DNA from: an uncultured bacterium
GTDB taxonomy: Bacteria; Verrucomicrobiota; Lentisphaeria; Victivallales; UBA1829
Direction: 5' to 3'
Length of the DNA: 64,000 bases
Assembly (NCBI GenBank): GCA_902778895.1
Contig: CACYZF010000010.1
Coordinates: forward strand, 174,482-238,481
Below, piece by piece: positions 8,589 to 18,809 of this stretch. The stretch's first letter is position 1. Every line of letters begins with the position of its first letter. Below the pieces are notes generated by a model. That model was not told where the DNA came from. It ran no database searches and saw nothing but the letters and a program-made list of their open reading frames with translations. The position numbers and the translations under genes are program-made.

Positions 8589-8685
8589 CTCTGCTGGGCG
8601 CGGCTCGCGGTCAAGCAACCTGATGCCGAACTTGTGCGAGGCTACCGAGGCCCGCGAATGCGGGCCCCTCGGACGCAGCGCGTCC
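8589..8685 (-). repeat. Repeat family 1, copy 5 (inverted relative to copy 4)
   Basis: Reverse complement GGACGCGCTGCGTCCGAGGGGCCCGCATTCGCGGGCCTCGGTAGCCTCGCACAAGTTCGGCATCAGGTTGCTTGACCGCGAGCCGCGCCCAGCAGAG is colinear with copy 2. Confidence 0.85.
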
Positions 8686-8702
8686 AGCCCGCAAGATCCT
8701 AT

Positions 8703-10094
8703 CTATTTCATTTCTTTCAGGAGATCGGCGGCATAGGAATCGCCCTGGGCGGCGGCCTTTTCCAGCCACTTCCGCGCCTCGACTGCATCCTTTTTCACGC
8801 CTTCGCCGTGAAGGTACAGATACCCAAGATTGCGCTGTGCGGCGAAATCGCCAAGCTCCGCCGCTTTCCTGAACCATTCCGCGGCCTGCTCCATGTCCCG
8901 GTCGACACGCACGATCGTGGGCCAAAACCATGGCGTCTCCGACGGCTCGCAATAAGCCATACCGAGCGCCCGCATCGCACGCGCATCCCCCTGATCAGCC
9001 GCCTTCCGATACCATTCGACCGACTCTTTCCATTTCTCAAGCTTTTCCTGATCGACCGGAAGGCTGAATTTAACATTTCCATATCCGCATTCCAGCAACA
9101 GACCGAGGCAGAACTGCGCGTCCGCGTCTCCCTGTTCCGCGTATTTCCGGAATATCTTCTCGGCTTTTTTCATACGAATGCCTCTATGTCCCCAGGAGTC
9201 CGCATACATGAATGCCAAACGGAATTCGAGATCGCGTCTCTGCGTCTGCTCCACGGCTGCCTCCAGCCATCTTTCGGCGCTGGCGCGGCTCTTTCTGACC
9301 CCGGCACCCTCGTAATAACATTGGCTGAGCCGAAGCTGCGCGTCGACGTCGGCGTTCTGCGCGGCTTCCATCACCCCATCGAAAACGAACTCATCCATTC
9401 CTTCCGGGAACGGTTTCACGGCCACTTTCAAAGCCGCATCCGTGCCCGGTTCCGTCAAGAGCCCTTTCTCCTTCAGTTCGTCATCCGAAAGCTCGCCCAG
9501 GTCTTCCACCAGGTCCGGGTCCAGAATCATTTCGGTGCTGTATCGCCCGGCCCCCTGCCAGCAAGGATGCGTTTCTCCGGCGGGATATTCGAACGGCGTA
9601 AGATGAGAGCGGAAATCATCGCCGAAACACACATATACTTCCTTCCCTGCCAGAGGGCCATTCAAGACCGTGGCATAAATGCTTGCACCGTTCTCGAATT
9701 CCCAGAATAAATATCTGTTAGTCCGGAACAGCGTCCCCGGCGCAAGCAAGTAAGAAACAGATTCCCCTTTGGACGATGTCCCGTCGGAATAATACCCGCG
9801 CCTGACTAAAGACCGATAATACTCCTGTTCGTGCCGACGCCCTTCGTCCGCACCTCGCGCCTGCGTCAGGAAAAACGTGTCGTCTATCTCCTTCAGATAC
9901 AGCATGGGCTCCCGGTCCGACGGACAGAAAGTATCAGGCTCCACCTCGCCGTAATCCTTCATCAAATAAACGTGATGACCCTGATATGCTTCGCCGGGCA
10001 AGGACTTGGCCCAATAGCACGACGACGCGAAAAACGACAATAGCAGGAGCATGCCAGTCAGCAGAAACATGGGCAGACGGGATTTGAATTTCAT
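8703..10094 (-). CDS. Sel1-repeat putative lipoprotein
   Basis: Start moved to MKFKSRL (RBS AAGGA); signal peptide ending FASSC; repeats such as AEQGDADAQFCLG, WYRKAADQGDARAMRALG, WFRKAAELGDFAAQRNLGYLY. Confidence 0.85.
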   Translation of the reverse strand: MKFKSRLPMFLLTGMLLLLSFFASSCYWAKSLPGEAYQGHHVYLMKDYGEVEPDTFCPSDREPMLYLKEIDDTFFLTQARGADEGRRHEQEYYRSLVRRGYYSDGTSSKGESVSYLLAPGTLFRTNRYLFWEFENGASIYATVLNGPLAGKEVYVCFGDDFRSHLTPFEYPAGETHPCWQGAGRYSTEMILDPDLVEDLGELSDDELKEKGLLTEPGTDAALKVAVKPFPEGMDEFVFDGVMEAAQNADVDAQLRLSQCYYEGAGVRKSRASAERWLEAAVEQTQRRDLEFRLAFMYADSWGHRGIRMKKAEKIFRKYAEQGDADAQFCLGLLLECGYGNVKFSLPVDQEKLEKWKESVEWYRKAADQGDARAMRALGMAYCEPSETPWFWPTIVRVDRDMEQAAEWFRKAAELGDFAAQRNLGYLYLHGEGVKKDAVEARKWLEKAAAQGDSYAADLLKEMK

Positions 10095-10168
10095 CGTATT
10101 GCATCCTTCTTTTGCCGTTCTGCGAGGGCGGGATATCTCGTTTACGCATGCCCCCTCTGCAAATATAC

Positions 10169-10504
10169 TCAAAGCTCTTTCAGAATTTCCTGTAGATGCT
10201 GTTTCAACGGAGCCAAATCGTTCCGGTAAGCATCCCACATGTATTCCGGGCGGGGCCTTACATAATCATGAATCAGGATGTTTCTCATCCCGATGATGTC
10301 GCCCCAGGGGATTTCCGGGTGTTTTGCCTAAAGCGCATCGGAAACCCTGTTGGCGGCTTCCCCGAGGATCGCGAAGTTGAAGGACATGGCATCCAGCAGA
10401 AGCCTTGATTGAAAGAATTCCTCTTTGGAAACGTCTTTCATCGCGTCCTCAATGCGGGCGATGCCCTGAATCATGTGTTCGATCCTGTCACGGTCACTTG
10501 TCAT
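10169..10504 (-). pseudogene. hepT: HepT/DUF86 HEPN ribonuclease toxin interrupted by an in-frame TAG at 10328-10330
   Basis: MTSDRDRIEHMI...[38 protein letters not shown]...QEILKEL*; the RNxxxH-D-Y motif lies after the stop; ATGA overlap with upstream MNT. Confidence 0.85.
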
Positions 10505-10794
10505 AACAGGACCATATCCTTCCTTACATTGGCCGCGAAGGCGTCTTCGGTCAGAGAATCTTCCGGAATCAGGTCGACTTTGCATCCGAGAAGCTTTTGC
10601 AGGTCGTATTGCAGCCCGCCGAGGTCGAACAGGGAAGAATGCGGCTGAAACTCGGCAATGAAATCGACGTCACTGTCGGGCGTCTCCTCCATCCGGGCGC
10701 AGGAACCGAACACATAGACCTTGCCGGCCTTGTGCTTTCTGGCGATCGCATAAATCTCGCTCCTCAAACTCCGGATTCTGTCGAGCTGGCACAT
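10501..10794 (-). CDS. mntA: MNT (minimal nucleotidyltransferase) antitoxin
   Basis: VYVFGSCARMEETPDSDVDF (GS-x10-DxD), LLGCKVDLI; 97 aa; coupled to the HEPN gene. Confidence 0.9.
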   Translation of the reverse strand: MCQLDRIRSLRSEIYAIARKHKAGKVYVFGSCARMEETPDSDVDFIAEFQPHSSLFDLGGLQYDLQKLLGCKVDLIPEDSLTEDAFAANVRKDMVLL

Positions 10795-10882
10795 TGTTTT
10801 TCTCCTGATTAAGAAGAATTCTTTCGATTCATTATCTATAATTTACGACCGGAACAGGAAAAAGTCAAATCGGTTTCCGAAC

Positions 10883-10923
10883 AAAAATGAAGGGGCCGGA
10901 ATCCTCAACAGAGTTCCGGCCCC
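10883..10923 (-). terminator. Intrinsic terminator after pnp
   Basis: Minus strand GGGGCCGGAACTC-loop-GAGGATTCCGGCCCC followed by TTCATTTTT. Confidence 0.7.
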
Positions 10924-10924
10924 G

Positions 10925-10971
10925 TGAGGGCAAGCCCTCAACTGCAATAGTGCGCGGCTACGCTCGCGCAC
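10925..10971 (-). repeat. Repeat family 2 double-hairpin element (3' of pnp)
   Basis: GTGCGCG-AGCGTAGC-CGCGCAC TATTGCA GTTGAGGGCTTGCCCTCA. Confidence 0.75.
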
Positions 10972-10983
10972 AACAAATCTGGC

Positions 10984-13104
10984 TTAATTCTTCTTGCCGT
11001 CGAGCTCTTCGAGGGCGGCCTTGCGGCTGAGACGGATCTTGCCGCTACGGTCGATGTCGACAACCTTCACGCTCACGACGTCGCCTTCCTTGCAGATGTC
11101 GGTAACGTTCGCGACGCGGTAGTTCGCCATCTCGGAGATGTGGAGCAGGCCGTCCTGGCCGGGCAGGATCTCGACGAACGCGCCGAAGTCCTTGACGGTC
11201 TTGACGACGCCGCGGTAGATCTTGCCGATCTCGGCCTCGGCGGTGTAGAACTGGATCTTGCGCTTGACCTCTTCGAGGACGTCCTTGTTCGCGGCGAGGA
11301 TGCTGACGGAGCCGTCGTCCGCGATGTCGACCTGCGACTGCGTGGACTCGGTGATTTCCTTGATGTTCTTGCCGCCGGTGCCGATGAGGGCGCCGATCTT
11401 GTCCGGGTTGATGTGGATGACTTCCATCTGCGGGGCGCGCGGGCTGACCTCGGGACGCGGCGCGGCGATGCAGTCGCGGACGACCTTGTGGATCTCGGCG
11501 CGCGCGGCCTTGTTCTGCTGCATGGCGCGGGCGAGCGTGGCGATCGGGATGCCGGGGAGCTTCAGGTCGAGCTGGAATCCGGTGATGCCTTCCTCGGTGC
11601 CGCAGACCTTGAAGTCCATGTCGCCGAAGTGGTCTTCCGCGCCGATGATGTCGGTGAGGAGAAGTTCCTTGCCGGTGTCGTCGGTCACGAGGCCGCAGGA
11701 GATGCCCACGACCGGGGACTTGATCGGCACGCCTGCGTCCATCAGGGCGAGCGTGGCGCCGCAGACGGATGCCATGGAGGTGGAGCCGTTCGACGCCATG
11801 ATCTCGGAGACGCAGCGGACGGTGTACGGGAAGTCCTTCGGCACGACCTGCGCGACGGAGCGTTCGGCGAGGTTGCCGTGTCCGATCTCGCGGCGGCCGG
11901 GGCCGGCGATGCGGCCGGTTTCGCCCGTGCTGTAGTTCGGGAAGTTGTAGTGCAGGTAGAATCTCTTGACGTTGGTGCCGCCGTAGATTCTGTCGGATTC
12001 CTGGGCGTCCTTCGGGCCGCCGAGGGTGGCGATCACGAGCGCCTGGGTCTCGCCGCGCTGGAAGAGCGCGCTGCCGTGGACGACGGGGAGCACGCCGACT
12101 TCGGCGGAGAGCGGGCGGATCTGGGTCACGCCGCGGCCGTCGGGGCGGTAGCCCTTCTCGAGGATGGCCTTGCGGATGGTGGCGCGGACGTACTTGTCGA
12201 ACGCCATGCCGAGGTAGAAGTTGAAATCCTCTTCGCCGTAGGCTTCGAGGTACTGTTCCTTCAGCTGTTCGGCGCAGAGTTCCTTCAGGGCGGAGAGACC
12301 TTTTTCACGGTCTTCCTTGCCGGGGACGAGGCACGCGGCCTCGATCTTGTCGGAAATGAGCGCGATCATGGCGGCGTTGAAGTCTTCCGGGACGAGATGG
12401 AGCGTGGGCTCCTTCTTCGGACGGCCGACCTTGGCGGCGAGCTCGAGCTGGGCTTCGCACTGCTTCTTCACGATCTCGTTGGCGAAGATCATGGCCTTTT
12501 CGAGCGTTTCCTCGGAGCATTCCTTCGCCTCGCCCTCGATCATGATGACCTTGTCCGGCAGGCCGGCGTAAACGAGCTCGAGCGTGCTCTTTTCCATTTC
12601 CTGGATCGTCGGGTTCGCGATGAACTGGCCGTCAATGCAGCCGACGCGGACGGCGCCGATCGGGCCGCGGAACGGCAGGTCGGAGAGCACGAGCGCGGTG
12701 GACGCGCCGAGCATGGAGAGCACGTCGCCCTCGTTCACGCCGTCGGCGGAGAGCAGCAGTCCGCAGACCTGGACTTCATCGAAGAAGCCTTCGGGGAAGA
12801 GCGGGCGGATCGGGCGGTCGGCCATGCGGCAGATCAGGATCTCCTTGTCGCTGGGACGGCCTTCGCGCTTGATGTAGCCGCCGGGGAACTTGCCGGCCGC
12901 GGAATACTTCTCGCGGTAGTCGACCTGCAGCGGGAAGAAGTCCTGGCCTTTCTTGGCCTCGCCGGAGCAGGCGGCGGAGAAGACGATGGTGTCGCCCTGA
13001 CGGACCGTGCAGGAGCCGTTGGCGAGGTGAGCGAGCTTACCGGCTGCCAGCGTGAGGTCGCGGCCCGGTCCGATGTTGATTTTGACTGAAATCTCTTCCA
13101 GCAT
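10984..13104 (-). CDS. pnp: Polyribonucleotide nucleotidyltransferase (PNPase)
   Basis: [52 protein letters not shown] (IGTGGKNIK) and S1 domains. Confidence 0.98.
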   Translation of the reverse strand: MLEEISVKINIGPGRDLTLAAGKLAHLANGSCTVRQGDTIVFSAACSGEAKKGQDFFPLQVDYREKYSAAGKFPGGYIKREGRPSDKEILICRMADRPIRPLFPEGFFDEVQVCGLLLSADGVNEGDVLSMLGASTALVLSDLPFRGPIGAVRVGCIDGQFIANPTIQEMEKSTLELVYAGLPDKVIMIEGEAKECSEETLEKAMIFANEIVKKQCEAQLELAAKVGRPKKEPTLHLVPEDFNAAMIALISDKIEAACLVPGKEDREKGLSALKELCAEQLKEQYLEAYGEEDFNFYLGMAFDKYVRATIRKAILEKGYRPDGRGVTQIRPLSAEVGVLPVVHGSALFQRGETQALVIATLGGPKDAQESDRIYGGTNVKRFYLHYNFPNYSTGETGRIAGPGRREIGHGNLAERSVAQVVPKDFPYTVRCVSEIMASNGSTSMASVCGATLALMDAGVPIKSPVVGISCGLVTDDTGKELLLTDIIGAEDHFGDMDFKVCGTEEGITGFQLDLKLPGIPIATLARAMQQNKAARAEIHKVVRDCIAAPRPEVSPRAPQMEVIHINPDKIGALIGTGGKNIKEITESTQSQVDIADDGSVSILAANKDVLEEVKRKIQFYTAEAEIGKIYRGVVKTVKDFGAFVEILPGQDGLLHISEMANYRVANVTDICKEGDVVSVKVVDIDRSGKIRLSRKAALEELDGKKN

Positions 13105-13137
13105 ATGGTACCTCCTTGAGGTGGTTTGTTGCCTCAG

Positions 13138-13298
13138 GAGCCTGCATGTCCCCGAATGGATTATCGGTCTGGTTGCCCGCGTGGAACCGCGGTATCAGCC
13201 TCCGCACCCGGACTGGATCGCTGTCCATGTCGGGAGCTGATAACGTCAATTCCACACCGGCCGCCGGAGAAAGGTGCATCCATTCAGTTTCAGGGCTC
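13138..13298 (-). promoter_or_regulatory. Long irregular stem-loop in the rpsO-pnp intergenic region (pnp leader or independent ncRNA)
   Basis: Nested complementary segments 13138-44/13291-98, 13154-61/13278-85, 13181-86/13250-55, 13193-99/13236-42, 13207-17/13224-34. Confidence 0.6.
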
Positions 13299-13509
13299 GC
13301 GGTCGCTTCGTTTTCACGGAGCAGGTGAGCGTGGCTCCTGTCGGCGGGTTTGGATTGGTTGTCTGCCTCGCTTCAGCTGAAAAACAGCCGGTTTGATGTG
13401 CGCGGCAAACGTTTCGGTTAAGGGTTATAATACACAAAATGGCCGCATCCCCGAGTTCAGCCCGGGAACGCAACCATTTGCGTGTGTCGATTCAAAGAGC
13501 AGCGTGCTG

Positions 13510-13779
13510 TCACTTCTGGCCGCGGATACCGAGTTCGGCGGCGAGGGAGAGATAGCGCTCGTGGTTCTCTTTGGAAAGGTACTTCAGCAGGCGTTTGCGG
13601 CGGTTGACCATGGCCATGAGGCCGAAGCGGGAGCTGTTGTCCTTCTTGTGAGAACGCATGTGGTCGGTGAGTTCGGCGATCTTGGTGCTGAGCACGGCAA
13701 TCTGAACCTCGGGGGATCCGACATCGCCCTCGTGGCGGGCGTATTTCTGCATGATCGCGGTTTTAGTTTCTTTTTCCAT
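13510..13779 (-). CDS. rpsO: 30S ribosomal protein S15
   Basis: DVGSPEVQIAVLS, HKKDNSSRFGL, RRKRLLKYL; canonical rpsO-pnp synteny. Confidence 0.98.
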   Translation of the reverse strand: MEKETKTAIMQKYARHEGDVGSPEVQIAVLSTKIAELTDHMRSHKKDNSSRFGLMAMVNRRKRLLKYLSKENHERYLSLAAELGIRGQK

Positions 13780-13937
13780 TGAATTCCATTCCTGTTTCGG
13801 GGATTAAAACGAATTTTATCCTTTTAAGATACATGCCTTTTCGGAAAATGCAAGCGCGATTCGCTTTTTTTTGCCATTTTTCATCCGTCCGGGCGCGTCC
13901 CACGGCTGCCCCGGAACGAAATATTTCCGCTTCCCGC

Positions 13938-13966
13938 TTGCATCGGCCCGCCTCGCGTGGTATATT
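13938..13966 (+). promoter_or_regulatory. sigma70-type promoter of gpmI
   Basis: TTGCAT-17 nt-TATATT with TG extended -10. Confidence 0.6.
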
Positions 13967-14048
13967 AATAGGTTATGATTCTTTCAACCAAAAACGAACG
14001 CGTCCGCCGCGAAAGAACGGCGGCGCACCAACCTTCAGGAGTTTTCCC

Positions 14049-15698
<1,650 letters not shown>

Positions 15699-15797
15699 TT
15701 TAACATAAATCCCGGAGCGGACGCGGCGGCTTCCCCCTCCCGTCTCCGCTCCGGCTCCAATCTTTTTCTGTTCAAACCAGTTCCGGCATCTCCCCCC

Positions 15798-16811
15798 ATG
15801 CGTTCCCTCATTCTGATCGACTCCTACGCGCAGATCTTCCGCGGATACTTCGCGGTCCGCGTGCTCACGTCCCACGACGGCACGCCGACCAACGCGGTCT
15901 TCGCGATGGCGAAGTTCCTGCTCAAACTCCACGCCGACTACCCCGTCGACGCGTTCGACGGCGCGTTCGTCTTCGACCTCGGGAAACCCGCGCACAGGCT
16001 GGAGCTCGCCCCGGACTACAAGGCGAACCGTCCGCCCGCGCCGCCCGACCTGAACGCGCAGGTCCCGATCATTCGCGACCTGATCCGGGCGTTCGGCTGG
16101 CCGCTCTTCGAACAGCAGGCGTGGGAGGCGGACGACCTCATTTCCGCGCTCGCGAACGCGTTTTCCGAACGCGAAATCCGCATCATCTCGGCGGACAAGG
16201 ACCTCGCCCAGCTCGTCAACGGCCGCGTCGCCATGCTCGTTCCCTCCCGCACCGGGACCGGATTCGAACTGCGCGACGAAGCCGCCGTGCTCGAAAAGTT
16301 CGGCGTGCCGCCGTCCGGCATCATCGACTACCTCGCGCTCGTCGGCGACACGGCCGACAACATCCCCGGCATCGAAGGCGTCGGCCCGAAGACCGCCGCG
16401 AAGCTCATTTCCGAATGCGGCTCCATCGACGCCATCCTCGCGAATCCCGCCGCCGTCGCCAGCGAAAACCTCCGGCGCAAGCTCGTGGACGGCGCGGAAC
16501 ACCTCCGCAAAAACCAGGCTCTGGTCCGCCTGCTGCACGAACCTCCGGAGGGCGCATCCTGGTCCGACGCCATGCTCGAACGCACCGCGCCGGATTTCCG
16601 CCGCATCCGCGAGCTTGCCGTCAAACTGGATTTGAACAGCGTCATCCGCGACCTCGACAAAATCGCGCCGGAAAGCGCGTTCGAGGTTGCGTCCGGGGAT
16701 TCCGACGACCTCTTCTCCGCCGCAGCCGCCGCAAAACCGGAACCTGCTCCCGCCGCCGGAAAAGCCCCGGAGAAAAAGCCCGCGTCCGATCAAATGGAGT
16801 TCGATTTCTGA
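15798..16811 (+). CDS. Stand-alone 5'-3' exonuclease / flap endonuclease (PolA N-terminal domain family)
   Basis: LILIDSYAQIFRGYFA, PTNAV, YKANRP, WEADDLI, SADKDLAQL, LVGDTADNIPGIEGVGPKTA; no polymerase domain. Confidence 0.9.
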   Translation: MRSLILIDSYAQIFRGYFAVRVLTSHDGTPTNAVFAMAKFLLKLHADYPVDAFDGAFVFDLGKPAHRLELAPDYKANRPPAPPDLNAQVPIIRDLIRAFGWPLFEQQAWEADDLISALANAFSEREIRIISADKDLAQLVNGRVAMLVPSRTGTGFELRDEAAVLEKFGVPPSGIIDYLALVGDTADNIPGIEGVGPKTAAKLISECGSIDAILANPAAVASENLRRKLVDGAEHLRKNQALVRLLHEPPEGASWSDAMLERTAPDFRRIRELAVKLDLNSVIRDLDKIAPESAFEVASGDSDDLFSAAAAAKPEPAPAAGKAPEKKPASDQMEFDF

Positions 16812-16812
16812 C

Positions 16813-17508
16813 ATGAATACCATCCGCGAACATCTCGAATCCGTACGGGAGCAGATCGCCGCCGCCGAAAGCGCGGCCGGACGCCCCGCGGGCTCCGTCC
16901 GTCTCCTCGCCGTGTCCAAGACCTTCCCCGCCGAAGACGTCGCCGAGGCGTTCGCGTGCGGCCAGACGTGTTTCGGCGAGAACCGCGTGCAGGAACTCGC
17001 CTCGAAGGTCCCCGCCCTGCCCGGCACGATCGAATGGCATCTGATCGGCTCGCTCCAGTCGAACAAGGCCGCGAAGGCCGCCGCGCTCGCGAGCTGGATC
17101 CACTCCGTCGACTCCGAAAAACTCGTACGGAAGATCTCCGCCGCAGCGGATTCGCTCGGAAAAACCGTCAACATCCTGTTCGAGGTCAATTCCGGCGAGG
17201 AGAACAAGACCGGATTCCGTTCCGCCGACGACCTCCGTGCCTCGCTGGAGGCCGCGCTCGCGCTCCCCGGTATTCAGGTCCGCGGCCTGATGACCATGGC
17301 TCCGCTCGGGTCCGACGAAACGACGCTGCACCGCGTGTTCGCCTCGCTCCGCGCGCAACGTGACGCGCTCGAACAGGAATTCGGCGTCAAGTTGCCCGAA
17401 CTCTCCATGGGCATGAGCGGCGACTTCCGCGAAGCCATTGCCGAGGGCGCGACCATCGTCCGCATCGGCACCGCCATCTTCGGCGGGAGGCAAAGCCTCC
17501 TGAAGTAG
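16813..17508 (+). CDS. yggS: PLP homeostasis protein YggS
   Basis: LLAVSKT, FGENRVQE, WHLIGSLQSNK, GLMTM, LSMGMSGDF, GATIVRIGTAIFG. Confidence 0.96.
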   Translation: MNTIREHLESVREQIAAAESAAGRPAGSVRLLAVSKTFPAEDVAEAFACGQTCFGENRVQELASKVPALPGTIEWHLIGSLQSNKAAKAAALASWIHSVDSEKLVRKISAAADSLGKTVNILFEVNSGEENKTGFRSADDLRASLEAALALPGIQVRGLMTMAPLGSDETTLHRVFASLRAQRDALEQEFGVKLPELSMGMSGDFREAIAEGATIVRIGTAIFGGRQSLLK

Positions 17509-17576
17509 TGCTCTCAGCTTCGCTTGAGCACGTGTTCTCGCGCAGCAGAACACTTCTTCAGCACCGCCTGCGGTGC
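17486..17576. repeat. Back-to-back pair of repeat family 2 elements overlapping the yggS stop
   Basis: Minus copy 17486-17531: GTGCTCA-AGCGAAGC-TGAGAGCAC TACTTCA GGAGGCTTTGCCTCC; plus copy 17532-17576: GTGTTCT-CGCGCAGC-AGAACAC TTCTTCA GCACCGCCTGCGGTGC. Confidence 0.7.
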
Positions 17577-17621
17577 CCGCGCACTGAGAGCAAATCAATT
17601 TCGCCTCTCATAGTTTTCCGT

Positions 17622-17650
17622 TTGCATTTTCGCGTCATGCGTGGTATAAT
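17622..17650 (+). promoter_or_regulatory. sigma70-type promoter
   Basis: TTGCAT-17 nt-TATAAT with TG extended -10. Confidence 0.7.
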
Positions 17651-17710
17651 ATGGGAAAAAAAACATCGTTCGAACTTTTTTTTCTGCAACATCGGAAAGG
17701 GCCTGAAACC

Positions 17711-18670
17711 ATGCCGAACACGAAACGAAACATCTTCCTCGCGGCCGTCGCGGGACTGCTGACCGTCGCGGCGCTCACCGGGTGCAGGCATGACGTGTAC
17801 AATTCCGACGGGGAATGGGTAAACGTGCCGATCTCCCCGATCAGCATTGAGCCGGCTTTGCTGCCATGGTTAGAAGATGAGATTACCACTTACGGCCTTG
17901 CAATCGGGGTTGGATCCGAGAATATAGATTCGTATGGACTTTTCGTTCAGTTGGCAAACTACTTCGCTGGTAAAAACTACGGTCTGACGTGCGGTTTGGT
18001 AAACGGTTTTACGGAGCCGTATTTGGATCCCGATTGGCCGCGATCCGGCCGCGCGGAGCGAACGGATTTTTACGGGATTGCAGTCGGCGCCCTCAATCAG
18101 CCGTATGTCTATCACAAGGGGTACGGCACGCAGAACGGCATTTCCATCCATGCGATCGATTTCATGAGCGACACGAACGGGTTTTCCGTCGAAGCGCTTG
18201 GTGGAGAAAAATATTTTAAAGGAGTTGACATCTGCGCTTGCAGACTTGGCATATCCAAGGAGGGAGCCGGACTTCAGCTGGTCGGACTGGATCTGTCATT
18301 TGGGCTCGGGAAATACGAAATAACCGGCTGCCAGATCGGAGGATTCCTGAGCTCCGCCGTTCATGGCGCGCAGATCGGGGCGCTCACGTACAATTTATAC
18401 GATCCGAGTATAGCACTCAAGAGTAATCATTGGAAGCTCATCCGGGGATGCCTGAATTTAGGCGTCCTGAATCTCCAATTGAAGGAGGGGGTTCAGGTTG
18501 GGGCGGTCAATCATACCTCGGACGGAAATCCGGTTCAGATCGGGCTGTTCAACACCACATCGGAGGGAAGCCCATTCCAAATCGGTCTGCTGAACTACAA
18601 CAAAAACGGATTCCTCCCCGTGTTCCCGTTCTTCAATTACAGCGTCAAAAAAGACGCTCCCGAACACTGA
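17711..18670 (+). CDS. Lipoprotein with GxQIGxxN surface repeats (LA_2272-like)
   Basis: Signal peptide and lipobox LTGC; GCQIGG, GAQIGA, GVQVGAVN, PVQIGLFN, PFQIGLLN, terminal NGFLPVFPFFN. Confidence 0.75.
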   Translation: MPNTKRNIFLAAVAGLLTVAALTGCRHDVYNSDGEWVNVPISPISIEPALLPWLEDEITTYGLAIGVGSENIDSYGLFVQLANYFAGKNYGLTCGLVNGFTEPYLDPDWPRSGRAERTDFYGIAVGALNQPYVYHKGYGTQNGISIHAIDFMSDTNGFSVEALGGEKYFKGVDICACRLGISKEGAGLQLVGLDLSFGLGKYEITGCQIGGFLSSAVHGAQIGALTYNLYDPSIALKSNHWKLIRGCLNLGVLNLQLKEGVQVGAVNHTSDGNPVQIGLFNTTSEGSPFQIGLLNYNKNGFLPVFPFFNYSVKKDAPEH

Positions 18671-18708
18671 CGCGAACGGCATAAGCTCTTTTCCCCCTTA
18701 ATGCAAAA

Positions 18709-18751
18709 CGGGCTGCCCGATTCTCCTCGGACAGCCCGATCTATTTTTTTT
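18709..18751 (+). terminator. Intrinsic terminator between convergent genes
   Basis: CGGGCTGCCCGA-TTCTCC-TCGGACAGCCCG then T-run. Confidence 0.65.
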
Positions 18752-18763
18752 GACTTGTCTTCC

Positions 18764-18809
18764 GTGCCCGAGCGGAGCCGGGCACTACCCAAGTGGAGGC
18801 TCCGCCTCC
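18764..18809 (+). repeat. Repeat family 2 element abutting the ankyrin-gene stop codon
   Basis: GTGCCCG-AGCGGAGC-CGGGCAC TACCCAA GTGGAGGCTCCGCCTCC. Confidence 0.78.

Noticed and set aside
2738-8685. Classical integron attC array
   Set aside because: No RYYYAAC/GTTRRRY cores found, genes are in mixed orientations with their own promoters, and no intI is in the window.
10328-10330. Genome-wide TAG reassignment
   Set aside because: TAG terminates other genes at expected positions (for example yggS), and no other interrupted gene was seen.
18669-18681. 13-nt match (GACGCGAACGGCA) to the family 1 unit at the lipoprotein stop codon
   Set aside because: Too short and GC-rich to call a copy without statistics; the hairpin block is absent.
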